A DNA stretch of 64,000 nt, from assembly GCA_002633005.1 (NCBI GenBank), contig NMRA01000048.1, positions 562,303-626,302 of the forward strand, written 5' to 3'. Below the pieces are notes generated by a model that saw only the letters and a list, made by a program, of their open reading frames with translations, was not told the DNA's origin and did no database searches. Positions 10,701 through 22,100 of the stretch are shown in pieces (the first letter of the stretch is position 1; every line of letters begins with the position of its first letter). The stretch comes from Phoronis australis (lineage: Eukaryota > Animalia > Phoronida). The translations under genes were made by a program, and so were the position numbers.

Positions 10701-13700
10701 ACACCCTAAAAGCACACTGTTTGCAGTGCATTCGTGGGTGCATTTCAACGCTCCCCGTTGTTTTATTTACGTATATTTATTCTACTTTTCGATGAACAAG
10801 TGTATCCTTTAGAAGATCTGGATCACCTTTTTTAGTTTTGGATTTATTTTCTAAGTTATTGCACTGACAAAAATGAGAAGTGTATAGTAGACACTTCAGG
10901 CTTAATATTAAGCCACAAGGAACATCGTGTTAAGACCTTGGTTGAATTTTTGTATGAAATCAACCAACATGTTTACAGTATGGACCCAGTGATTGTTTCT
11001 GGGCTAGATGTTTCGTTTTATTTTAGTTTGGTGTTAATGATTTTGGCTTCATTAAAACATGGGTGATTTAAAACTCGTGTGTCTTGGTCATTAATTTCTG
11101 ATGTAAGAATGACAGCGTCAAGGGGGTAATCAACAATTGGTCGGACTTCAAAATTACTTGCCTGGTCTTCAAAACCAAATGGCCAATGTTTAAACTTGGT
11201 GGTTGTTCCTCAAAACAGGTTGACCAGTACCTCAAAACCAGATGGCTGCACCAAAAAAACTGGTTGGCTGGACCTAAAACGGGTTGGTCAGTGCTCAAAC
11301 ACAATGACCGAACAAATCGCCGATTTTGAGCCAAACAATCGGGGTACAAAAAATAAACACTAGATGTCATTTGAATCCTTCGAGACTTTCAAAGCGAGTC
11401 TCTGAGGAAGTCTGGCCGTCAGTTTTAATCTCTGGCCAACTGGTTATAGCATCGGCCATCATGTTTTGGGTTCAGGTGGCTAGATTTTTTGTGAGGCCAT
11501 ATCGTTTTGAAGGCCGGACAACACGTTTGATCACGGGCCATTTGGTTTTGCAGTCTAGCCGACTGGCTTAGAAATCTGGGCAAGTGGTTTGGAGTCTGAC
11601 CAATTGTTGATTACCCCTTGAGACTAGGGTTATTTTGTCTGCTATGAACGGAGCATAGATATTAGAAAGAGTGGTGCGTTGTGGAAATGGGTTTGAGAGA
11701 CTGTTGTATTTTTAATTTGTTGTTTTCATCTTGCTGTTAGATAGCTCAACGTGACATTGTCAACTCCATTGATAGAGAGACATCAGGTGACTTCATGAAG
11801 GGACTTAGGGCAATTGGTAGGTGTGCTCATGCTAAAAATCTGAACAGTAATGGCACCCATATCCAATTGTCAAAGAATTGCCAGTATGGGTACTTAGTGC
11901 CTTGTTCTGCTTAAATGCAGAGTAAACATTTTCCACTTCTTAGTCTTAGGTTTTAAAATTTAAATGAACATCAGATTTACTAATTATTGTATGGTAAAAG
12001 TACAGACATCATCTTCAGACCTTGGCTGAATTTTGTACAGGAGCCTTTTAGAGGTTGAAAAGTTTTGATTTGAGTAGTGGAGCCAATGTCTCTATAACGG
12101 GCAGGGTTTGCTCAAGTTGTTGGCTTCAATGTCAAGACTAAACCACCCTTTCTCAATATTAGGCCAAAAAAGCACAAACTTAATTGTGTCTGGTCTGTAT
12201 CCCCAACTCATTTTGAGACCTGCACTCACTGACAAAAAACATCTGCCTGTATCAGTTTCAGCAAACGTTTTGTAAACAAGGGTAAGATTTGAAACTCCAC
12301 GATTTGCCAAGCAATGAGTAAAAAGGAAAAGAACAAATCCCGCAATATTTTTGCTCATATATTTTCTTTTTGTAAAAGGTAAGCAACTAATGGATTCGAT
12401 TTTCAAAAAACAATTGACCAGAACCACTTATTTGGCCTTATGTAGAGGTCGAGTTTGTAGCATCTTATTTTTCATTTTAATATTTCACTAACACCTTCTT
12501 CCAGTGATGAACGTTCGCTGCCGTCCTATGTTCTTTGCCATGAAGCTGCAGAAAGCCATGAAGGGTTTTGGTACAGATGATCAGACACTCATCAGAATTA
12601 TTGTATCACGCTCAGAGGTAATTAAAGGTCAAGTAGGCCTGATCAGAATTATTGTATCACGCTCAGAGGTAATTAAAGGTCAAGTAGGCCTGATCAAAAT
12701 TATTGTATCACGCTCAGAGGTAATTAAAGGTCAAGTAGGCCTGATCAAAATTATTGTATCACGCTCAGAGGTAATTAAAGGTCAAGTAGGCCTGATCAAA
12801 ATTATTGTATCACGCTCAGAGGTAATTAAAGGTCAAGTAGGCCTGATCAAAATTATTGTATCACGCTCAGAGGTAATTAAAGGTCAAGGACGCCTGATCA
12901 AAATTATTGTATCACGCTCAGAGGTAATTAAAGGCCAAGGACGCCTGATCAAAATTATTGTATCACGCTCAGAGGTAATTAAAGGTCAAGGACGCCTGAT
13001 CAAGAAATCTGTGCAAGTAACCAAATTGCAGTTGATAGATTTTGGCTAAAAGTAGAAAGCGTGTAGAATTTAATTTTTGACTTTATAAATCTGCCATAAA
13101 TTGGGTCACATGACCAGGCAAGTCTTTTAGTGCAATTTGGCAAAAAGGTCAAGGTACATTGATAGCAAAACAATGGTATAAATACCTTGATATAACTCTT
13201 CAAAATGAGATCTGAAACCACTATTACAGTTTTCTAAAATATCATTTTGTTTTCACTCAACTTAAGATTTTTTTCATAAAATTTATAAGAGAGTCATTTT
13301 TGATAGGTCCTCATGGAACATTTTAAAAACAATTTCTATAAATGTTATGTAAGACGGTGAATAAAGAATTGTTATATCTAAAAGTTCATCTGCATCCTAT
13401 GAACCTTTTCTGAGATGTGACGTTTTGAAGTTAGCCAAACTTGGACATTTTTCTGGGGTCATTCACTTCAATATGCAATTTGCATGAAGAAGCCACAGAC
13501 TATTTTCCTGTAATCGGATATCATCCTATCACTTTCTGATTGAATATTTCTAGTAGCTTTGTGAAAATATCAGTAAAATTTTGGACATTATAATAGTGTC
13601 AGTTGAATTAAACATTAGTAGTTCTAAGTCAACACCATTGTGAGTCAAAACTTATGACTGTATGGTATTGACTGGATTGCAGATCGACTTGGTACAGATA

Positions 13701-13808
13701 AAAAAGTGTTTCCTTGAGCTCACCAAGCAGACATTGTGGCTCTGGATTAAGAACGACACTAGTGGTGACTACAAGAAGCTGCTGCTGGCTATTGTGGGAA
13801 AGGACTGA
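4755..13808 (+). CDS. Annexin core (four annexin repeats), exons join(4755..4925,6634..6728,7170..7283,8163..8430,8890..9065,11741..11816,12505..12617,13683..13808)
   Basis: Endonexin motifs MKGVGTDE..SELSGDF, IYGPGTDE..DDTSGDF, GEAKWGTDE..RETSGDF and MKGFGTDD..IIVSRSEIDL..NDTSGDYKKLLLAIVG. All introns are GT-AG with consistent phase; stop TGA at 13806-13808. Confidence 0.95.
5115..5308. repeat. 38-bp minisatellite, 5 copies
   Basis: Unit TTTGGAAGGACTGACCATCCCTTTCAATATAGATGGAT. Confidence 0.9.
5796..6089. mobile_element. MITE with 16-bp terminal inverted repeats (hAT-like termini)
   Basis: CAGTGTTCTCCACAAC ... GTTGTGGAGAACACTG; no clear TSD. Confidence 0.7.
6129..6600. repeat. Compound (TG/TA/CA)n microsatellite with ~14-bp sub-unit
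   Basis: GTGTATATG(C/T)ATGT repeats; this accounts for the overlapping low-complexity ORFs. Confidence 0.95.
9207..9840 (-). mobile_element. Penelope-like element 3' remnant: GIY-YIG endonuclease plus 3' terminal region with hammerhead-like core
   Basis: ORF 9468-9863 reads VVYKFICAGCGSSYIGETVRHLKTRTKEH...KIREALHISWCKPNLNRQ, a GIY-YIG domain typical of Penelope. Downstream on the minus strand: CTGAGGA-GGTGT..ACACC-GAAA. Confidence 0.85.
9845..10760 (+). mobile_element. Helentron/HINE-like non-autonomous element with ~150-bp sub-repeats
   Basis: Periodic GCGCC(T/C)CCTAGTGGC and AAATTTGGCA-like motifs. The 3' end GCACACTGTTTG..CGTGGGTGCATTTCAAC is shared with the copy ending at 54317. Family assignment is inference. 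Confidence 0.6.
11119..11620. mobile_element. Foldback-type MITE with long TIRs
   Basis: CAAGGGGGTAATCAACAATTGGTCGGACTTCAAA vs TTTGGAGTCTGACCAATTGTTGATTACCCCTTG; internal AAAACC/GGTTTT sub-repeats are mirrored. Confidence 0.75.
12588..13003 (+). repeat. 8 x 51-bp tandem array spanning an annexin exon/intron junction
   Basis: Unit CTGATCA(G/A)AATTATTGTATCACGCTCAGAG|GTAATTAAAGGTCAAG(TAGGC/GACGC). The GT recurs at 12618, 12669, 12720, 12771, 12822, 12873, 12924 and 12975. Confidence 0.95.
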
Positions 13809-14805
13809 TCAACACCAAGGCTGTATATAATCATTTCATGCCGTCCATAAGACTAAAAGCTTGATATACTGAGTGAAGCAGTATGTGGCTGTTGATCACA
13901 AAGGGTAATCCTGCTGTGCATTTGTTTTTGGCCACATGAACAGTTTTCCTTCAACTTCCTACTGTTCCAGTAGCTAAGATGACTTTAATCTTCTTAGATT
14001 TCAATCAGATATAGACACATGGATGGATTATTACCGATAAATGGATGTGTTAGTCAGATTTTAAAAATTCAATGTACTTTTTTACTAAATTAATAACCTT
14101 TTTGATCAGAAGCAGTTTTGTGCCCAAAAAGTCCCCACGGGACACTTTCAAAGAAAATGGAGGGACCTTTTGCAAACCTGTATTGCCAACCAGTATCCTG
14201 ATTGGTCGCAGTCTTGAAATTTCACATTGGATTCACTTTGTCAGCAGTCCGTCATTTTCGTAATTGGCACATGGTGAACATAAAATATTGAACCAGAAAT
14301 CAAGGGATTAATATTTCGTCCACTTTTTTAATGTTTGCGCCCAGCTGGCATATGGTGCACAAAGCATTCAAAACGATTTCAAAGAGCTTTTATGGGAACT
14401 TCTACAAGCATTGTATCAATTTAAACACTCATAGGAGTTTTTTGAACCTTCTTTTCTGGAGGGGGCGCTTTTGGAAAATCCTTGGTAAATTTGTTTCAAG
14501 AAGTATTTATAAACTACCAGTTTTAGAGGTACACCATTGCGTTTTACAAAGTTTAACAAGTTACTATTTAGAAACTTTATTGTACAAAATAATTATATAT
14601 TCGGACAAGAATTGTATATTAAAACTTTATTTTTCTGTCAATTTTTCATGTTTACACATCTCATATGCCATACATTCCTATTTATGTTGCAGGATGGTAT
14701 TTTTCTGTAATAGCTGATGCTCTACTTAAATTGAACATGGTATATATGTTTCTTAATGGTATTTTGTTTTTGCTCATCAAATGTGATCTTAAATTCAGCA
14801 TTTGG

Positions 14806-14914
14806 AATAAATGTTTGAGCTTCAAACTTGCAACTTTTTATAATATATCAGGTAAATTCATGATCGGGTATGAAACACAAGGTGCGATTGCAAACATTTG
14901 GACTGATAAATAAA
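14806..14914 (+). terminator. Candidate annexin polyadenylation signals
   Basis: AATAAA at 14806-14811 and 14909-14914 in an AT-rich region downstream of the stop; position-based only. Confidence 0.35.
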
Positions 14915-16128
14915 TGTTATCTTAAAATACAAAATGTAAAGCTGTGAATCTTAGTGGTATTACTTAATGAAATCCTGTAACTACCAATCATATTGCTTGA
15001 ATATCAGAAAAAAATTAAAAAAAAGAAGTGAAATTTTGTAAGCAATGAGACAACAAAGAAAACGACATAACGTTCAGTTGAAAATAAATAATTTAACCTT
15101 GTATTTACAATTTTAACAATAACGTACTTGTGTGAATACTTTAACATCTTTATGTTAATCCCTCAATTTTGTTAAATGTTTAACACTACATTGATTTCCT
15201 AATTAAGCTGAATTTCTTTCATTTACACTTTATGTACTGCCACTTTAAGAGACATAGCAAACTGCCATGGTAATGACTCAACATAACAACTGCAGGCATA
15301 GTGACAAAAATTCAGATGGTTGTGGCACAATTAATAGAAAAAGTAAATAACCTGCTTACAGTACAAGACAAAGGAATCCAACAAAACACCATTTTCCAGT
15401 CATGACAGTTAATTCTGTTGACAGGAAAATGACTGGTAATAATTTAAGGCAGCAAAATTCTAATTACATTAATTACAGAAATAGCTTATCCATCTAACTT
15501 TAATCCACCTTCATTCTCATGAGGGAAGACTACTCTGACCATGACAGAGAATTATGGGTAATTTTGTCTGTCTGTCGTAATACTTTAGGCTTGTACTGCA
15601 GACACTTATAATTAATATTTATCCCGATTCCTTTATCAGAAAAACCCAGGCTACCAACCCCTTGTTTACATGTAATATCCATTAAACTCACTACATGTCT
15701 AGACAACATGACTACCCCTGTGCCAAATAGCAAGCTTTACTGTTAATTTCCACAAAAGGGAGCAACAAATCTTACTGGAGTTATTCCCCCCATTCGAACT
15801 TTTCGCAGCACACTCGCATCCTCACTATTACTCACTAGGAGGTGCTCATCAGAGATCTTTTCCTCATTCTGGGTTTCTTAATTCATTCTGGTGTTGTATA
15901 GTGCTGCAAGACTTACATGTAGAATAACAATGTCTTATTAAAGAATGTTTAGTCACGCTGAGCACTTTAAACATAGTGGATGGATGTTCCTATCCACAGG
16001 CAATCTATAGTTTCTCACTGGAGTGGAAGTTGACATGCATGCCTCAAATAGATTGCCTAGGAGCCTTTACGTCACAGGCCAAATCATTTTTCGAAACAAA
16101 ATCCAGTAGAAGTTCAATACTGGCATGG

Positions 16129-19100
16129 TCAGTCATCTTGAAACTCTACCTGTGAGTAGCCATCTTGGTTCACAACATCTAATGCTATGTTGTCTGGAAA
16201 GAAAAAACGCACCTTACATTTTAAGTGATTGTTAAGATTTTTTTAAATTGATTATTCCTTTATTCAATCCAGATACAGCAATTGCAAATTAATTTAGGTG
16301 ATGCAGCACTTTTCAACCATTTGTTTTATATACAACCGTTTTTGTGACCTATAATGTTCCAAAAAACATCCAGGAAGTTCTCTGGTTAAAACAATGCTGC
16401 TCATGTTCTTCCAGGTGAGGACACCATGAAGGGTGTGCCTTGCAAGTTTAACTAGATTAAGTAAGATAACGCTAGTGCTGAGCAAAATCTTGCAAACAAA
16501 TGGGGAGTAAGCAGCAATCTAATTAATTTTGCACTTAAGACAATAGCCGACAGTGACAGCAATTGGACGGCTACATGAAAATATCCACACTGCTTGGTTG
16601 TATAGCACACAATATCCTACATTGACAAGCCATATTGGAAGTATCTCATAATATCCACACTGCTTGGTTATATAGCACACAATATCCTACATTGACAAGC
16701 CATATTGGAAGTATCTCATAATATCCACACTGCTTGGTTATATAGCACACAATATCCTACATTGACAAGCCATATTGGAAGTATCTCATAATATCCACAT
16801 CAATGGGACGGAAAATGTAGACACAAAAAATGTCTACACAGTCAACTAACAAAATTACTAATAAACAATGTGTTGAGTGCACTGTTAATTGGAAAGTGAA
16901 AACATAAAAAGCTCAATTCTTAACTTACTGTTGTGTTAGAAGGGTGACTATCTACGTTCATTGTAGCTGAAAACAGAAGACGAGAGGTATTAACAAAAAC
17001 TAACTAATCAGTTATGATGAATGAAATGAAAATGTTTCAACATAAAGGCCGCATGAAAGTACAAAAGAGTGTGGTCACAAGTTAGGAGTCACATGATCTT
17101 TATGAACCAGAATGACATTGAAATGCCTTACCGTTGGACTGCAGTTGACTTTTTAGTTTCAGCAATTCCTCTTTTAGCTTTTCATTCTCTTGTTTCAGTT
17201 TTACATATTCCTAGAATAAAATGACATATTCATATGTGTAAAGAAAAACATGGTAGCTCTTACCTAACCAACTCAAGAAGAGAAAAAATAAAAACAGGGC
17301 TCAATAATAAAAAAGAAAATTAAGGACGAGAAACAGTTCGGTAACTGGACTAACAAACCAAATAGCCAAGTGCATGGCCACTGTTGACACTGCTGTCCAA
17401 AATGAATTCCTATAGTCAAACCAAAGAACACTGCCTGTTAACTGGACCTTTAAATCTGAACTCGTACACACCATAAATGGTGACCAGATTGTTTGTCTGG
17501 AGCTACAGTGACTCAGAGCTCGCTGTGAAGTTGTGAGTCAGGCCATTGGATTGTTTCTCAACCTGGTTGGTTAACTACCTGCAGGTTTGTTGCAGATTAG
17601 TTTGGCTTTAGTCGAGTAAAAATGTGGCCATGTTCTTCATCTGTTGTCATTGTGTTGTCATTGTGTTGTCATTGTGTTGTCATTATTCAACAATGTAATG
17701 TAAGGAATGAAAAAAAAATAGAAACAGAAAATCTTTAATAATGTAACTGTAAAATGAGGGATAGTAACAATTTAAAAAACAAATACAAGCAGTGTTTTGT
17801 GCAAGTGTCATCTAGTCAAGTGATCTGAATATTGGCAACAAGACTGAGAGGACAACCCAAACTTGATGACTATAATACAAATGCATCACTTAAAGAACAA
17901 GCCAAAAGTATTCAGACAAAATGACCTTGAATTTCCCGTAATAGCTGCTGGACAGAAGTCGATTTTATCATCAGAATAGTCTTCTCTCATGAACAAAAAT
18001 GAAGGAGGAATTGGCATTATGTAACTAGAAATTTTCTGTTTTAATAGCAATTGCCATTAATTTGTGTTGTTTCCACAATTTGCCATCATGATGGGAAAAT
18101 CGCATTCTGTCTGATTACTTTTATCTTTAACTGTATGATGCGTACCAAGTTGCAAGTAGGAAGATACAAAAATTGGTCATTGGACCTGTGTTCCTCAGTC
18201 TGAGCTTTAGCATCAGATGCCACAGTGGCTGCAATCTTTTTCTCATCAGTTTGGTAAAACCCAGCTTTTTGGAAGATTTTTTTCATTGCTTTGTTATAGC
18301 CCTGAAAGTAAATAAATAGATAAGAAACAACATGATAAAAATTCCACTTGGTATCAACCTAGATTATTGCATGATGGGTAAAATAACTTCAAAGTATTTG
18401 GTTAGTGAACAACCGGAACTTCCTTGAAGTCAGAAAATAACAACGCAGACAAAAAACATCAACTACGAAGTACAGCGAGATAGCAGGCGGTGTAACTCCT
18501 AAGGCAAAACAAGTCCAGTCAAGTAATATACACCAAGTCACATGTTAAATACGAAGTTCTGTTAAATAAAACATTGATTAACGCCTGAATTCAGGACCTT
18601 CTGTCCACAGTAGAACAGCTCAAGTTCTCCAGAGGTTTTGAGACCACCAGTTGAACAGGATTTCAGTCAGATTGTCTAATAGAATGACATACCTTACATA
18701 TTCATTACACTGGTAGAAGACTAGCCACACTGCAGCTCAATTCTGACTCTCAATATTATACAACAATAATGTCATTTCACCAGTTCATAAATTTTCAATA
18801 TACAGTGCAGTAACTGTGATAACTTGGTCAGAACTTATTAATCTAAATACACTCTGAGGAAAAATTCAGGTTTAAACCAGTATGACTTCAATAAAGTGTT
18901 GTATCATTCTAAACTGATTAAACAGTGATTGCATTGTGTGTTATGTGGCAGTAAATATATTGCTTGAACTCGTGATACAGTCACCAAAAAACTGGTCAAT
19001 AATACTGATTGTATTGTGTGTTACACGGCAGTAAATATATTGCTTGAACTCGTGACACAGTCACCAAACAGCTGGTCAATAATACTGATTGTATTGTGTG

Positions 19101-22100
19101 TTACACGGCAGTAAATATATTGCTTGAACTCGTGACACAGTCACCAAACAGCTGGTCAATAATATTGCGAGTACATTTCCAGAAGGAATTAACACGCAAA
19201 CCTATGATAGTTACACCTGGTGTCAACACTTACCTGTGATGTGGTGTAACCATAGTGATAATTCGTGTACGCTGCATCCCACTCGTGCCTAAGAGATTCA
19301 TTCAGAACAGGGTAGACTAGCAGGGAATGATTATGACATACCAATTGCGTTTTGAATGTCAATAGGTAAGAGCAGGTGTGGGGTTCGGAGACGTCTTGAA
19401 TTTTCTCCTTCTTACCACACTTCAAAACAACCTGAAAAGGAGAGAGCAGCACGTTTTCATTTCATTGTTACAGGGATAAAAAGTATGGTAAAATCTCACA
19501 CATTTCAGAAAAAGCTAATTGCCCAAATTGTAGTGAATTCCACATCTTTTTCAAAACTCTGTTAAAAAGCGTGAACATGGAGAATCATTTAGTGTGGTGC
19601 TGCATATGTTGCATGGATAAATGATAATTTTTCAGCCATATTGTGTCCTAAATTAGAGATTTTACTGTATTGTAGTTGAATAATACAACATTACTTGGAA
19701 ATAAAACACAAAAATAAAAACTTAAATATGGCAAAATATCCAGTAAGGTCCCAATACATTTTAATATGTAACATGTTTCAATGATCTTTCTGTGGAAAGT
19801 ATCATTGAGATCCGTAATATGTGCCAAAAGAAGATATCACTAAAAATATTTAAAATTCTGTAAGATCCTAACTTTCGAACATCAAATCACACCCTTTATT
19901 GACACAGGTATGTCCACTCATAATCACATTTTGCACGGAAACATCTATATTTATATTATGGGACCACATTTTTGTGCATAGAAGGAAAAAAATTCCTAGA
20001 CGTAAGTCTAGGATAAGAAAAGTGCAAATTAAGTAAGAAACTGTTTTAAATGCTGATAATGACCTACATAAGCTCAACTCTGACTATATACAGCATACAT
20101 ACTAAGTTATAACAGTTACACAAGACTTTCAAGTAAAAGTCATCATCATATTTCATACTCACTTTAACTTCACGTCTTTTTGCAGAACCACAGTCATCAC
20201 CATTTCTCATCACCAAGGCTACAAAACTGTTGTTGACTATTTCCCACTCTTGCCAGACCCTACAAGTGGAATACAAGAGAATTTAATATCATATGTTAAG
20301 TGAGGTTAAACAAGACCAGTCTGTAATTGACAGTATGCTTGTTAACAAACTTAATGAGTTGATGATGAAAATTCTCATTCACACCATCTAATTTGTGTTT
20401 GTCTGCTTGTCACGTACAATTCTGCGGTGTTCCATTTTTAGTGAGCAGAGTTTATAATATCACCATATAAATAAAATCGACGTTTAAAAACCTTAATATT
20501 TGATTATTATTATTTATGATATAGTCTTCCTTATTAGTAGTCTCTACTCAATTTTGGTGAATAGCGTATAATTGCAAATAATTTGGATAAAAAATATCTA
20601 CGTACCCTAAAACTCCACTATAGGGGTTCCAACGTAGACTCTGCTCATGCTGCGTTACATTAGCAAATGGGCAGAACTCGTACTTGTAACTGGAAATAAA
20701 CATCACACAATAGAGTATCATTACATTTTTAAGTCTAGTCTGCACGCCACTTGTTGCCCACATCACATGACCACTGATGTGATGTGGCCAACAGGTGGCG
20801 TGCAGACCACACTTAAAATTTTTGCGGTCTATATTTCCACGCTGGTTCAAGCTCTACATATTCATATACACTCAGAAGTTTATGGGCGGGATGCCCACTG
20901 CTAACTCTAATTCGATTTCTGTGGACCTGTGGTCCTGATGGTTCATTGGACTACATTATCTGCACGGTTAGTAGAAGGTCCTGGGTTCGAGTCCTGGATA
21001 GGGGCAGAAATCTTTTTAGACTTATGTTCATTAGGTCATGTGATGTGGTCAACAGGTGGCGGTGTGGACCAGACTTACAAATATTTGTGATGTATTCATC
21101 AAGTATACACAAAATGGATTTCACTCAGCTGATCTAATTAATAAGAACGACCAGATGACATTAATAATTGAAACAAGATAATGATCTGAAAACCTCACCA
21201 AAGATGTCAACCATCAGATCATTGGATCAAATATGAAAACTCCTATCACAGTCTCTAAATCGAGAAGTGTGACTAATACGTGCTACTAGATAAATGTGAG
21301 AGAAGATTGCCACCTCGTACCACAGAATCTACATTTCAATGCATCGGTGAACTATTTTGGCAAAGTTGTAGAGCTTTATTTCTCTGAAGATGTAGTAATT
21401 AAGCAGGAGGCAGTGAAGACTAGTGGGATGAGTGGCCACCTACTGTTCTTAAGGCCGTACGTTCATATCCCACTGGACCCCACTGCTAGACCCTTGAGTC
21501 AGGTCTCTAGCTCCGCTTCTCAACTCGGTCTTAATTAGTGCATATTATGCCTACATGTGTTACATGTATACATTAAATTATCAACACAAATTGCTTCAGG
21601 TGTACAGTACAATAAGCCCAATTCAACAATCTACGCATGTCTGATGCAGTGTGTATCCGACCACTTGCACTATTGTTTCATAATTGTACAATAGCATACG
21701 GAAGATTTAAGTTTTTGAAATTACCACACCAGGGTTTAGCATCCTTTTAAATTCAAAGATTGGGTTTTTGTAGAACACCCTTTAGGACTGCAATGTAAAT
21801 AAAGACAGAAAAACAAGGGCTTACTCATTCGTAGTCATGTTGTAGCATTTGCCCATCAATCGACGTAAATGGGCTGGCCCAGAGAATGGAGAGGGGTCAA
21901 CACGCACCTTGAGAGAGGAGCTATCGGGACCAGCATTGTTATTACTGTTGAAATTGAACCTGAAATAAAGAGCTTTGTAGTTAAGTGGTAGGCTAGTTAT
22001 GCTTTTGCAGCTCCATTTGCATATAGGAAAAGGTCTTACATTCAATCTTGGTATAACAAGACGACTGAGTAAAATAGTGTACAAAAACAAATTATGTAAT

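Noticed and set aside
14600-15510. Overlapping 3' UTRs of the convergent annexin and GNPTG genes
   Set aside because: A minus-strand ATTAAA at ~15499 could end GNPTG before any overlap; cannot be resolved without transcripts.
15780-15905. Alternative terminal GNPTG exon
   Set aside because: An acceptor-like site exists, but all phases stop within a few codons; 16129-16193 gives the expected protein length.
20925-21010. Possible tRNA gene
   Set aside because: A and B boxes are present but there are no proper acceptor or anticodon stems; treated as a SINE head (same for ~901 and ~60975).
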